In this document: positions 25,883 to 39,864 of the stretch, piece after piece
Position numbering within the stretch: position 1 is the stretch's first letter
How the letters are laid out: the number at the start of each line of letters is the position of its first letter
Source of the DNA: Lama guanicoe
Lineage: Eukaryota
NCBI GenBank assembly: GCA_013239625.1
Contig: MU054026.1
Span: forward strand, 744,001-808,000
DNA: 64,000 bases
Reading direction: 5' to 3'
The notes under the pieces: generated by a model
What the model saw: the letters and a program-made list of their open reading frames with translations, nothing else
Database searches by the model: none
Told to the model about the DNA's origin: nothing
Translations under genes and position numbers: made by a program

Positions 25883-28800
25883 ATGTCAATAAAAACACAT
25901 ATATCATTAATTACCATAAATGTCAAAGGACTAAGTGTCCCAATAAAAAGACATAGAGTGGTAGATTGGATGATAAAACAAGAACCTACATTATGTTGCA
26001 TACAAGAGACTCATTTAAGGGAGAAGGACACAAATTGATTGAAAGTGAGAGAATGAAAACATATTTCATGCAAATGGAAATGCTGAGAAAATAGGAGTAG
26101 CAATACTGATTTCAGACAAAATATACTTTAAAACAAAGTCCATAAAGAAAGATAAAGAAGGACACTAAATAATGATTAAAATAACAATATAACACGAGGA
26201 TATTACACACATTAAAATATATGCATCCAATAAAAGAGCACCTAAATACATAAAGCAAGCACTAACAGATGTAAAGGGAGAAATTGATGGGAACATGATC
26301 ATAGTAGGAGACTTTGCACCCTATTAATATCACTACAGATCTTCCAGAGAGAAAATCAATAAGGCAATGGAGAAAGTAAATGGCACAATAGAACAGTTGG
26401 ACTTGGTTGATAGTTTTAGGACATTACATCTCCCAAAAATAGAATTTACATTCTTTCTAACTGGCATGGAACATTCTCTAAGATAGACTGCATACTTGGG
26501 CACAAAAGAAGCCTCAACAAATTTAAAAGGATAGAGATTATTTCAAGCATCTTTTCTGACCACAATGCCGTGAAACTAGAAATCAAGCACAGAAAAACAA
26601 AGGAGAAGAAAATGACAGCATGGAGATTAAACAACATGCTACTAAAAATCCAATGGGTCAATGATGAAATCAAAGAAAAATTTTAAAAATACTTTAAGAC
26701 AAATGACAATGAAAACATAACTTCACAAAATCTATGGGATGCAGCAAAACCAGTCCTAAGAGGTAAGTTCATAGTGATACAGGCCTTCCTCAAAAAACAA
26801 GAACAATCTAAAGTAAACAACCTAACTTATTACCTAAAAGAATGAGAAAAAGAGGAGCAAACAAATCAAAAGTCAGCAGAAGGATGGAAATAATGAAGAT
26901 CAGGGAGGAAATAAATAAAGTAGAGATTAAAAAAAATAGAAAAAAAATCAATCAAACCAAGAGCTGGTTTTTTGAAAGAGTAAACAAAATTGATAAACCT
27001 CTGGCCAGGTCCACCAAGAAGAAAAGAGAGAAAACATAAGTGAACAAAATAAGAAAGGAAAATGGAGAAATAACAACCAATACGACAGAAATACAAAATA
27101 TTATAAGAGAATACTATGAACAGCAATATGGAAACAAATTGGACAACCTAGAAGAAATGGACAAGTTTCTGGAAGCATACAGTCTATCAAGACTGACTCA
27201 AGAAGAAATAGACCACTTGAACAGACCAATCACTAGAAATGAAATAGAATTAGCAATAAAAAACCTCCCTGATAACAAAAGTCCAGGACCAAGTGGCTTA
27301 AGGGGAATTCTACCAAATATACAAAGAACTCAAACTCTTCCAAAAGATTGAAAAGGACGGAATACTCCCAAACTCATTCTATGAAGCCATCATCACCCTG
27401 ATACCAAAGCCAGACAAAGTTAATATCAAAAAAGTAAATTACAGGCCAGTATCACTGAAGAACATAGATGCAAAAATCTTCAACAATGTATTAGCAAATA
27501 GAGTCCGACAGCACATAAAAAAGATTATACACCATGATCAATTTGGGTTCATCCCAAGGATGGTTCAACACATGCAAATCAATCAGTGTGATATATCACA
27601 TTCACAAAAGAAAGGACAAAAACCACATGATCATCTCAATATATATAGAAAAAGCATTTGATAAAATTCAACACCCATTTATGATAAAAACTTTTACCAA
27701 AGGGGTGTAGAGGGAACATATCTCAACATAATGAAAGCTATTTATGACAAACTCACAGCCAGCATTGTTAGTGCTCACTGGTGAAAAGCTGAAAGCCTTC
27801 CCACTAAAACCTGGAGCAAGACAAGGATGCCCACTCTCACCACTTCTATTCAACTTAGACTTGGAAGTCCTCACCACAGCAAACGGGAAGGGGAAAAATA
27901 GTATCCAAATTGGAAGATAAGAGGTAAAATTCTCACTATATGCAGATGACATGACACTATATATAGAAAATCCTAAAAGCTCCACACAAAAACTACTAGA
28001 GCTGATAAAAGAATTCAGCCAGGTAGCAGGATACAATGTTAACATACAAAAATCAGCTGCATTTCTTTTCACTAACAATGAATTAGCAGGGAAAGAAAGT
28101 AAAGAAACAATCCCTTTAAAAATTGCATACAAAACAATAAAATACTTAAGAATAAATCTGACCAAGGAGTTGAAAGACTTAGACATGGAGAATTATAAAA
28201 CATTGATTAAGGAAATTAAAGATGACTTAAAGAAATGGAAAGATAGCCCATGCTCTTCAATTGGAAGAATCAATATTGTTAAAATGGTCATACTGCCCAA
28301 GGCAATCTACAGATTGAATGTGACCCCTATCAAATTACCCAGGACCTTTTCTACAGAAATAGAACAAACTATCCTAAAATGTATATGGAATCACAAAAGA
28401 CCCAGAATTGCAAAAGAAATATTGAAGAAAAAGAACAAAGCTAGAGGAATAACCCTCCTAGACTTCAGACAATATTACAGAGCTACAGTAATCAAAACAG
28501 CATGGTTTTGGCATAAAAACAGACATATAGATCGATGGAACAGAATAGAGAGCTCAGAAATAAATCCACAGACCTATGGTCAATTAAACTTCAACAAAGG
28601 AAGCAAGAATATACAATGGAGAAAATATACTCTCTTCAGCAAGTGGTGTTGGGAAAACTGGATAGCAGCATGCTAATCAATGAAGTTAGAACACTCCCTC
28701 ACACCATACACAAAAATAACTCAAAATGGGTTAAAGACTTAAATGTAAGACAACACAATAAATCACCCAGAAGAAAACATAGGCAAGATATTCTCTGACA

Positions 28801-29665
28801 TAAATCTTAGCAACATTCTCCTTGGGCAGTCTACCCAGGCAACAGAATAGGAGCAAAAATAAACAAATGGGACCTAATTAAACTTACAAACTTTTGCACA
28901 ACAAAAGAAACCATAAGCAAAACAAAACAACAACCTATGGAATGGGAGAAAATATTTGCAAGTGATGTGATTGACAAAGGCTTAATCTGCAGAATATATA
29001 AACAGCTCTTAAAATGTAAGAAACAAAACAACCAAAAACAATCAACCCTATTCAAAAATGGGCAGAAGACCTAAACAAGCAATTCTCCAGTGAATACATG
29101 CAAATGACCAATAGACACATGGAAAAATGCTCAATATAACTAATTATCAGAGAAGTGCAAATCAAAACTACAGTGAGGTTTCACCTCACACCAGTCAGAA
29201 TGGTCATCATTCAAAAGCCCATGAACGGTAAATGCTAGAGAGGATGTGGAGAAAAGGGAACCTTCCTACACTGCTGGTGGGAAGGTAGTTTGGTGCAGCC
29301 ATTATGGAAAATATTATGGAGATTCATCAAAAAACTAAAAATAGTCCTACCATTTGTTCCAGCAACCCCACTTCTGGGTATATATCTGGAGGGAACTCTA
29401 ATTCAAAAGATACATGCACCACAATGTTCACAGCAGCACTCTATACAATACCCAAGACATGAAAGCAACCTAAATGTCCATCAACAGATGACTGGATAAA
29501 GAAGTTGTGGTATATTTATACAATGGAATGCTACTCAACCATAAAAAAGAATAAAATAATGCCATTTGCAGCAGCATAGATGGACCAGGGGACTGTCATT
29601 CTAAGTGAAGTAAGTCAGAAATAATAAGAAAAATACCGTATGATATCACATATGTGTAGAATCTG
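25883..29665 (+). pseudogene. L1 ORF2p (APE endonuclease plus reverse transcriptase), disrupted
   Basis: Endonuclease start MSIKTHISLITINVKGL...LCCIQETH. RT motifs QGCPLSP (~27822) and YADD (27939-27950). Longest open piece is 27951-28676. Many stops and frameshifts. Confidence 0.95.
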
Positions 29666-30359
29666 AAAAAAGAAAAGAAAAAAAGTACACTATGAACTCA
29701 TCTACAAAACAGAAACAGACTCACAGACATAGTAAACAATCTTATGGTTACCGGGGAAAGTGGATGGGAAGGGATAAATTTGGGAGTTTGAGATGAGAAA
29801 ATGTTAGCCACTATATATAAAAAATGATTTTTAAAAAGTTTCTTCTGTATAGCACAGGGAACTATGTTCAGTATCTCCTAATAATCTTTAATGAAAAAGA
29901 TTATGAAAAGAAATGTATGCAAACATGCATAACTGGGATATCGTGATTTACACCAGAAACTGACACATTGTAACTGACTATACTTCAAAAATAATTTTAT
30001 ATTTAATGAAAAGTAGGAATTATTGACTGTGACAGTTAGAGACTAGATAAATAAAAGCTAGAATTTGAGTTCAAATGGGTAAGCAAAGCAAATCCCAAGA
30101 GGGTGAGAATGCAATTGAGGACTGGAAGTACTCAGAGAAGAGGTCAAGTGTAGAGATGACGGCTGAGGCTGAAACGGTCAAAGGCTAAGAGATCAGAGGA
30201 GTTCAAGAAATCATATATGATATGAACCCTCCTTCCTTCTTTCCTCCCTCTCCTTCATCTTTCTTTCTCTATTTCATTCTTCTCTACCTCCCCTCCCCTT
30301 CCTCGCTGTATTTTCTTCTTAGGTAACTTCCTCAATCACAATTAATTTGAACATTTTCT

Positions 30360-31880
30360 TTATTTGGATTAATTCTAGATTAATTTTTCAGTCCAGTTCT
30401 TCTTCTGACTTCCAGACTCACATGTGAAGCTAATGGTATGTCTCTCCTTGGCTTTCTCATAGACAATTAAAATTTAACAAGTTCAAATAGAATTCTAAAT
30501 CTCTCCTTAACTTCTCCCTTAGTCTTTTGCATCTCAGGAAATAGTACCATCAAACTAATTTTTAAAAACCTAAGAGTTATCCTGGATTCTTGCTCTTTCA
30601 GTCACTCACTGTATGTAATCTACTATCTAGTTCAATTGATATAATTGGATTTTTCTTTTATTCTTCATCTCTATGGCCACCAGTTTAGTCTGGACATCTA
30701 CCAACATTTACCAGGTTCACAGACATAGTATCTTTTCTTCCTGATTCTAATTAAGTCTCTCTCTCTCTCACCTTTAATTATTTTTCCACATAATGGTATA
30801 GGCGATCTTTTCAAAAACATGTTACAAAACATCACTTTCCTTCTAAAAACTTTCCATAGCTTTTCTTTTTCATTTAAAAAATATCCAAAATAGTCACCAT
30901 GACTCACGTTTCCTGAATGCTCTGGACTAATGCATCTCTCCAGTAGTGGTTTATGTAGCTGTGGTAGGTTGACTAATGACTCCCCAAATATCCATGTCTT
31001 AATCCACCAAACCTGTGTCTCTATTACCTTACATGACAGAGAGAAATTTACAGATATAGTTAAGTTGAGGATCTTGAGATGGGACGATTAACCATGATTA
31101 TCTGGTTAGGCTCAATGTAATCCCATGGGTCTTTTTAATAATAGGGAGCATGAGGGTCAGAATCAGAGAAGGGGAATGTGGTGATGGAAGCAGAGCTTAG
31201 AATGATGTGATCGCTAAAAGGGGACCACAGACCAAAAATACAGGGAGCCTCTGTAGGCTGGAAAAGGCAAGGAAGTGGATCCTCCCCTAGAACCTTCAAA
31301 AGAAATGTTGCTCTTTAGCCCACTGAGAGCCATTCCAGTAACTTCTGTTGCTTTAGACCATGATGTCTATGGCAATTTTTGACAACAGCAATTGGCAGCT
31401 AACACAGTCACGTCACCCATTTGTCAGTTGGGCCCTAACTATGTTTCTTCTTTCAGTTTTCAGTACAAAGCATGCTCTGCGATCCCTCAGGGTCTCTGCG
31501 CAGGTCATTCCTCTGACCTTGTACACTTTTAACCATAATCACACAGATAGTTCCTTCTGATATCCGTTTAAATGGCATCTACTTAGACGGGTCTTTCCCC
31601 ACATCCTCTTTCAGTCTCTTTTTATCTCTTTAGTTTCGTGGGTGTGCTTTAAATAGGATGTCTTAGCCCTGGGCAGCTGTTTTATTTATCGGTGTACTAC
31701 TTGGAATTTTATTTTGTACTTTTTTGTTTACTTTTTTCTTTTATTCATCTATTAATGTAGAACCCAGTCTCCATAACAGAACAAACCGTATCCGTCACAT
31801 TTAGCACCGTATCTTTAGAGCAATTTCTGGCGCACAGTAAGTTCTAAATGAATATTCAATGTTTGCCTGACAGATGGGGT
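30360..31880 (+). mobile_element. L2 fragment interrupted by an MLT1 LTR
   Basis: aaaacctaagagttatcctggattcttgctctttc, atcactttccttctaaaaactttccatagc, and tail atttctggcgcacagtaagttctaaatgaatat. Confidence 0.7.
30960..31406 (+). mobile_element. MLT1D-like MaLR solo LTR
   Basis: TG...CA termini. tgtggtaggttgactaatgactccccaaa, gttaagttgaggatcttgagatggg, aggctggaaaaggcaaggaagtggatcctcccctagaacc. Confidence 0.85.
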
Positions 31881-32884
31881 GAATGATTTAAGGGCATACA
31901 GCACGTTAGGAGGATAATATAGCTCTAGGAAAGGAAATCTAATAGATGCCATCCAAGGAACTTAAGCAAGTAGAAGCTTCTAGGCTTGAATTTGTTGCCA
32001 CAGTGACGATTAGCCCTTAAGGAAGACGATAGGGAAAACTCTGGAGTGATGTGAAATGTCAGCGAGGAAGCCCAGTTCAGATAAGTGGGCAGATAGAAGT
32101 GTGGCTTGTTGGTAGATGTGCTGTAGGAGGCTGGATATTCCGACAAGAGTTTGTCCTGGTCAAGTGAGGCTTAGAGGCAACACAGGAACCCAACTGGTGG
32201 ACCAGGTATAACTCCCAGGATCAGGCAAAAATAAATGTAAGTGGAAAAGAGGAAAGGAACCATTAATCTCTTGTCCAACTTGGAATCCTGAAAATTTGGT
32301 TTAATGCCAGGCACTTAATAAATGCTTCATGAAGTTAGCATGAATGAATGAATGAAAATTCATCTATGTATGTAAAGGCAATGACTGTCATTCCTGGTGT
32401 GTTAGACACTTGAATTCCCTTCCCCTTTCCTCTACCTTTATGAGTTGTAACAAATGGTGGAGGTGATGCTGCTTTTAAACTTGCCAGGTATGCCTGTGGG
32501 ATGGGGATGGGCTCTCGAGGGACTGGCAGATACTGCCATGTGGAAGCTGGGAAAGACAAAGACGATGTGGAAATGAGGCAGGACCAGAAGCACTGACTGC
32601 TACTGTAAGCAGAATCCCTAAAGAGGGTATTAATGTTGCCAGTACTCAAGTGGCATTTCTTCAGGACTTTCTCAGTAAAGAGAGTTAGATTCAGCTGTAT
32701 ATAATTAGCCCTAAGAAATTAGCTTTAATTAACTATTCAATCTTATAATTTCCCTAATCTCTTTATTCCTTCTAATCCTTTTGGCACTCAATCCTATTTT
32801 ATACTAGATTGATATCTGTTGAATCAATGTCCCTATCTAAATGACATTTGCTCTAAAAGAGAAATACCAGGTCTTAATTTCCTT

Positions 32885-33285
32885 AGTATGTTAGTTTCCT
32901 AGGGCTGTCCTAACCAAGTACCACAAACTGGGTGTTTTAACAGAAATGCATTTTTTCACAGTTCTGGAAGCTGGAAGTCTGAGACCAAATTGTTGGCAAA
33001 GCCATGCTCCCTTTAAAGAGTCTAGGAAAGACTCCTTTCCACTTCTGCTGTTTGCCAGCATCCCTAAGCCTTCCTTGGCATAGGAGGCATAACCGCAGTC
33101 TCTGCTTCTGTTTTCGCATGGCCTCCTCGATGTTCCTCTGTTTCCAAATTTCCTTGTGTAACTCCACCCACCCTAAGCCAGTGGGACCACATGTTAACGT
33201 TATTACATCAGCAAGGACCCTATTTCCAACTTAGGTCACATTCACAGGTTCTGGCTGTGTGTGTATTTTGGGGGGACCTAGTACA
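32885..33285 (-). mobile_element. MLT1C-like MaLR solo LTR
   Basis: ttagtttcctagggctgtcctaaccaagtaccacaaactggg...cacagttctggaagctggaagtctgaga...gaccctatttccaacttaggtcacattcacagg. Confidence 0.85.
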
Positions 33286-33984
33286 TGTAAGTGAAAAAGA
33301 AAGTACCTTGTAGGATAGACCGAGGCTGAGGACCTTACTGAGGAAGGTCTGAGGAATTTTTCATAGTGAGTAGCTTTGCTTTACAGGTACTTTTTTCACA
33401 AGGGAATGTGCCTTAATCATCTGTATATTCTTCATTGTTACAAATGGTTTTATACACAGTGGGTATTTATTAAATAGTAAATAAACAAATTTGAATAGAT
33501 GAGCACTACTCATGACCTTCTTGGCTGCCCACCTCCACGGCCCTTTACCACCATGGATGGAGTTTTGTGCCAACGCCGGGACTGGGGCAAAAAGTGCCTG
33601 GATTCGGTTGCCATGGTCTCCTGAGCCTGCCACACTGTGTTTCTGATCTGTCACCTGGTTGGTATGTTTATGATTCCCTTTGACACTTGAATTTTGAGTC
33701 AACGCTTTGAGAAACAAAGCCTGCAGCATGAGAAATTACCTGTTCAACAATGTTACTGAAAGACTGGACCTTAAACAGACTGTTTGAAAGCAGTATTTGT
33801 ATAGACAAACTACTTAAAATAAGAAGTAGTTGATACATAGAGCTGTTCTTCAATTGATAACCAGCTGTTTGTCTAAATTCAACTGTATTGTGTTTTTTTT
33901 TAAATAGATAATCTAAATTCAAACCTTAAAACAAATGAACTTTGAGGTTAAGAAACCTCAAAATTAAATATTGTAGACAATATT

Positions 33985-34195
33985 AGTGTGTTGCATTTGC
34001 ATGGCACTTTGTAATGGTCTCATTTGATCCTTACAAGGTAGGCAAGACATGGGTAGTTTTCTTCACTATGTCAAGAAGGAAACAGGTGTAGAGAAGTTAA
34101 GGGGCCGTATTAAAGGTAACAAGGGAATAATGAGGATGTGAGGACTTCATGTCTTAATATCCCAGTTCCCTGTTCTTTCCAGAATACGACCCTGC
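33985..34195 (-). mobile_element. MIR-like fragment
   Basis: tctcatttgatccttacaaggtaggc...aaggaaacaggtgtagagaagttaagg. Confidence 0.55.
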
Positions 34196-37100
34196 TTCAC
34201 ATCACCTGGAATCTGAATGGTTAAATTAGAAGTTCATTCTGGCAGTGACTACTCAGCCTGAAAAAGCCATAGCTCACCTCTGCATTGGTCAGGCAATAGA
34301 ATTTGTTTAGAAACTACTATTAGACTTTATTTTCCCTTTATGTTCACTGGTATTAACATTATTTTCCTTTTAAAAAGTCTTATTTTATCAGAAAACAAAA
34401 TCATAAAATTAAAGAAGAAGAAAGGGCTGTGTGCTTGGATGAAGCGTATCAGATGTGTAGCCTGGCAGCTTGGGTTAAAGTCCTGTGGGACTTGGCTTGA
34501 GCCCTGCCCTGCTAGGGAGCTCAAGTCAACTGAGTCAACGTGGGCCTCAGCGTTTGTTGATCCTGTGATACTTCAGTATCTGAATGGAGTAAGGGGCAAA
34601 GGTCTGGTGGAGGAACTTGGAAACAAATTGCTCATTCTGGCTGCGTGGTCAGTTAAACTCTGTCCAGCATGTGTACAACGTTGGCGTATTGATATTTGTT
34701 GTGACAAAAACGTTCAGCGTGGTATTGATTCTGAATGTCAAGTCTTCTGCTTAGGTGCTGTTTCTGTGAGATGAGAGGATTAGCGCAGAATATTAACTGA
34801 GTGCTTTAAATATACACATATGCATGCAGGTGCACATACATACACATTCCTGTATGCACAGAACCAACAAACGCCATTTAAGTGCACATTTAACCAAAGC
34901 CCAATTTCAACCTTAGCAGAGGCAAGGTAGTCATGTTTTAAGTGTTGCTAAATAGCTTAAGGTGCATTTTCCACCAAAATACATAATTTACTGCTGTAAA
35001 GTAAGGTTACATGGTTGCAAATGGTACCTAGGACAGTTAATAACCAGGTTAGGGACAAGGTCAAAATACAATATAAGCAGAGAGAGTAAAATAGTAATTA
35101 TTTTCTCACGTATTAAAGGGAACACAAAATGAAATGTAATTGACTTAGTGAAGTTGCAAAACAGATTTTGAAGAAAATTTCTAAGTCTTTCCAAAGCGCC
35201 TAAGGAAAGTTAAGAAAGATAAGAAAATTTCATGAACATAATTTCAAATAGTTAAAAGACAATTTCTTGATAAGTATCTAGGGAAAAAATGTAAGTTGGT
35301 TATCATTAGTTTTTGTTGCTCTAAAATCATTCTTAATATTGTAAAATTAATTGATCATTCGGCATCTTGGAAGCATGAGCCAAACTAACAACCATTATAT
35401 GGTGTATATCCATACCATTCCATTGAATTTTTCATTGGTGTGCCACAAACCTCAATATTTGTGTTTTTCTTCTTGCCCAGTAGGGGATATCCTGACTGAT
35501 AACCCTGACAATTTCCTACATCTATAGTAATAATGCCTCATCCATACTTCCCCCTCGCTCCTTCTGTCACCTGACCAACTCTGGTGCTTCTTCGTGTGGC
35601 TCTGCATGGTGCACTGTGCCTCCGCCTTTTGGGAACTGGGAGCAATGAACTCTTCCTTCAAAAGCATTGACCTTTCTGTGTCATGATTCAGTGGTAACTA
35701 TAGATTAAATCCTGGGTGTATTTAAAGCAGTTGTTTTGAGAGTTCAATTTGAAATGATGTGATTGTAAGCTTGTTTGTCTTTGAATATATACATACATAT
35801 ATATAAAACACATATATAGATAGATAGATTAAATTATTTTATCAGATAAGAGTAGAAGTTTAGTTTAAAATTAGCAAGAAAATCTTTAACGCACACTCAC
35901 TTGAGAAATGCAAAGTCTTTATATTAGTGAGCCATAAATATCTGATCAAAATTAGACCGATATAATTGTAATTTAATAAATTAGTTGTGAAGTCCTATCT
36001 GGTCCTCAGATTGTATGAGAGGTCTTTCTTAGCCCCAGCCTCTTCTGATTCAGATAATCAAGATCAGAATACCCTACAAGTAAGTAATGAGTTCTTTATT
36101 TAGCACCATCTTTCTTTGACTTTGAGGTAGATTGCCCCGTGTTTTTCCTAAACGTAGAATTACAAAGAAGCCTTCAGTTGTTTGCAAGCAGAACATGTGG
36201 CTCATTATTACGCAAAGACAGAGATATCCACCTGGAAACATACTTTACAACCCAAAATCACATCATCAGTATTATTATCTCTCTTTTTTTTTTTTTGAGA
36301 TCTAGTGCCATAAACTATAGTTTGAAGTTTGAAGTTCCTCAATGCTGAGGCAACACTGTTCAAAATGTTCAGAGGATCTAATATAAAGGAGACTGATGCA
36401 GACATTTAATGGAAAAAAAAATGTCTCGTTTTGATGGACCATCATCTAGAATTGTGGTAAGAATGTTTCACCACTAGGGCACCAATTTCCCTCCCTGAAA
36501 TAATAAAATACAGAACCGTGAGCCAATATATAGAGTGTTAAGATTGTCTTTTTATGTTTCCCCATGAAGATGAAGATTAACTATGGCTTGCCAAGCATTT
36601 ACAGGAAAATCATGTTTGTAACTTCAAAAGGCACTTTAAACGTGATAAAAGTCAGATAGACCAGCACTCTTACTTACAATGTTATCTCTTTGATGCCTAC
36701 ATGCAGCTGATGCATTTATGCTACTGGGACACTTTAATGGGTCACTCTATCAGAAAAAAGGATGGGAGATTTGAAGGCTATACTGGGGCTTGATAAGTGT
36801 AATCCTATATAATGGGTCTGATCCTATCAAATGCATGAGATTCTCTGGAGGTTGTATGTGGAGTCCTGGCTTCTGGCTTCTGGTTCCACGTAATTACAAA
36901 ACCCACCGGGAAGGGGTATCCAATCCAGTATCACTGAGAAAAAAGTACTAATAATACTGTCAATGGAATATGTTTCCTTTAGTTCTAAAGACTGAGCGAT
37001 GTTGTTAAATGCACTTCTTAACTAGCTATTTTTTTAAAAGAGCTACCTGTTGAAATGAAATTTTGTTGCTTTAAAAAAATGAATATGTGTGTTGTTCTAG

Positions 37101-38322
37101 CTGCCATAAAATATGTCCTATGATGTCATTAACTTCTGAGTTCTGACTCAAAGCAAAGGGATCCCTTTTCTCTCAGTTTCTTCATCACTGTTGGTAGTGG
37201 ATACAATTCCAAGTCCGTGCATTCAGTTTGTGAGAAATATGGCTTTTGTTTATTTTTTTAAAATCAATTTAATTTCGAAACCTGATTTTCTGAGGTTGGT
37301 GGGAAATTTTACATGATGTCACTTGAGCTTTATGCCTCACAGTTTTGCCAAGAGTTATGCCAAGTTTCCATGACCAGGCAGAGTTAATGTTCCAGGGAGG
37401 CCCATCTGGTAATTGTCCTTTTTGTCCATGTTGCTAATTGTGGAGACAGCTGTTGCTTTAGCGCTTGCCTTTAAGTCTTGAGTCACCCTCTTTCTGTGCC
37501 TTGAAAAGGACGCAGCATTTTTGGTGAGGTCAGGGGTTTGCTTTACTCTAAGCACCCAGAGGCTTCCAAGTCGGTCCCTCCTCCCCAGGACATCGCCAGA
37601 GGTTAGGAAAAGGAATCTGCTTCATGAGACATCTAGGACCCTTCATCTTCAATTCTCTGAAGCCACCCTTCTCTCTTCAAATCCTGTTTTAATGATCATC
37701 AAATAAAATGGCTCTTGAGGCCAAAGAAGTAAATCATTGAGGCCATTAACTTAGAGGTTCAAATGCCTCTAAAATGTCCTCTGTCCAGGACATTTAGGAT
37801 GATCATCTCAGTGAGTGTGGGTTTTTGTTTTAGTTTGTTTGTTTTTGAGAAATGAAACAGAGAAGGAAGTATCTTCCCCGAAGATCTGCCTTCCACCCAA
37901 TGACAAAGTCCTTTAACTCTAAATCCACCTCACATCCTCACAGGTCAAGGGATGACAAAACCTGAAACTGTTGTACAGAGGAGTGGATGTGGGGAAATAG
38001 TATAAAAACAACAGTGATGCTAACTATGCATCTGCTACACTGTTCATGAGAAAACCACTCCCTCTGATCCAGGAATGCAACTTTGGAGTTATATTTTCTT
38101 TCCCAGTGGACGTGCTACCAGTTTCCCCCTAAGACTCCCTCTTCCTAATTTTTTTTTTAATACCATATTTTCCTTTCCCCTCATCCGCAAGACTTCATAC
38201 TATTTCAACTCCTCATTGATTTGAAAGGCCTGGAATTGAAACTCCTTCAAAAGAGAGGTTTGTGTCTATAACTCAAATATAAGTTCATGATGGTTGACTC
38301 AAAGCAGGGACCTTTTCTCTTT

Positions 38323-38876
38323 TGTTACCAAGTCCAAGCTAGTTCTGCTCATCGCATGACAGGCCAATAACTCAGGAGACAAGGTGGTGGGGCAAGGAAT
38401 AGTGACTTTTTCGGAAAGCCGGTGGACCGAGAGGATGGCAGACTGATGTCTTGGAGAACCAGTCTGCTCCAGTCAGAATACAGGTTCCTTTTATAGTAAA
38501 AAAAAAAAAAAAAAGAAGAAAGAAAAGGAAAAAGGGAGGGGGTGGGGTTCCTTGTTGCAAACTTGTTGCTGCAGGAGTGCTTTGTTCTTGTAGCCATCCA
38601 TGTGGGTCAGGCCACAGTGTCCCTGTAAACCTCCAACAAAACAAAGGCTATTCTCTATTTTGCAACTTGCCATCTCTACATCAGTGCAGAAGTGCTGACA
38701 TCCTGAAAGGTCAGCCCCCACCCCCCAATAGGCTCTCCTGTCTGTTTCAGGCTAAAGGCAACATTGTTTCCCAAAAGGTACAGGGCTGGCAAGACTGAGC
38801 CTGGAAAACAGGGCACAGTGGTCAAAACCAAAGGAGCAGATCCGATGTGGAGTCAGATTTGTTCTCCTCTGTTACA
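38323..38876 (-). mobile_element. Intact-length ERV1-class solo LTR (MER41-like)
   Basis: TG...CA termini, perfect 4-bp TSD CTTT (38319-38322 and 38877-38880), reverse-strand TATAAAAG at 38488-38495. Confidence 0.9.
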
Positions 38877-39864
38877 CTTTCAGCCTGTTCTGTCACAGTG
38901 CGTGTCCTCTTTTGTTGAATGAATGAATCCTACCACTACTCAGGCCGCCATACTTGGGGTGTCAGGTTAAGCCAGTGATGGTTCATGATTTTATGAGGCT
39001 TTTTCGAAACATCTTTGCAAGATTCATCTACTTCAGTTTGTATAAATCGAATTTCCTGAGGTCAGTTTCTTTAATGAAAGGTCAGATTTATCCTAAAGTC
39101 CAGCGGGGCTCTAATTGCTGCACGTAAACAAACATCATCTGGAGTAGGGCCATCCTATAGCTCTGAATGCTCTTCATTTTCAAGACCGCCATGGTCATTC
39201 ATTACTAATGACAGGAGTCTGTAGCTGGCTAGAGTAGGCAGTCATATTTCTATGCAAGCAGCATTTTAAACTGGTTGAAGACTTTTGGGAAAAGAAAGCA
39301 TCCTAAACTTAATGTCTTTTGTGCCTTGATCAAATTTCCATGTCCCATAGGAAGTCTTCCCATGTCAACATGATCCATTTGTTGTCCATATAACAAATTT
39401 GCACAACGTTGTGTATCATTGTCATAGGCTGCTGTTTAGATTTTTATACACGTATGTCATGCATCTTAAGGGATAAATGGGGTCCTTTAGGAAAGCAACT
39501 GTTTCATATTTGAATTATTCAAAGCCATAAGCACAGAAATCTGACATTGTTGAATGTCTGGGAATAATCACTGAACTGTATAAGGGGTCATCCAGACTAG
39601 ACTGCTCGGTTGACAATGAGAGAAAAATAAGGAAGGGGTAAAGATGAAAGAGGAAAATAACTTACTCAGTTTCTTGGACACCTACATTTCTTCCTTTCTA
39701 GAAAATCAGGGATAACTAACCCCTTCTCCCAAATTCAGCCATGCCAAGCACAGTGATATTATGCCTGCTTCTGATCAGAAAAAATTTAAAGAATATTCTG
39801 GCACAGAATTCATTGTATTAGCAGTTCAATCTTAAACTGAAACCTTTCTAATCTTATATCTAGA

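Larger units (their letters stand above)
23054..29990 (+). mobile_element. Full-length (~6.9 kb) inactivated LINE-1
   Basis: 5' start gagagtggccaagacgg, ~1.55-kb 5'UTR, ORF1, inter-ORF spacer, ORF2, 3'UTR and short A-tail. Degenerate TSD aaaatgttatgtttaa (23038-23053) / ataattttatatttaa (29991-30006), 13/16 identical. Confidence 0.97.

Noticed and set aside
27951..28676. 241-aa reverse-transcriptase-region ORF as an active or domesticated gene
   Set aside because: It is a surviving piece of L1 ORF2 that starts just after the YADD motif. The surrounding ORF2 has many stops and frameshifts
33740..33769. 30-nt minus-strand exon candidate (VQSFSNIVEQ)
   Set aside because: Weak acceptor (gtctgtttaag) and unrecognised peptide
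34340..34774. 144-aa plus-strand ORF in unique sequence
   Set aside because: No recognisable domain, low-complexity N-terminus and no supporting gene structure
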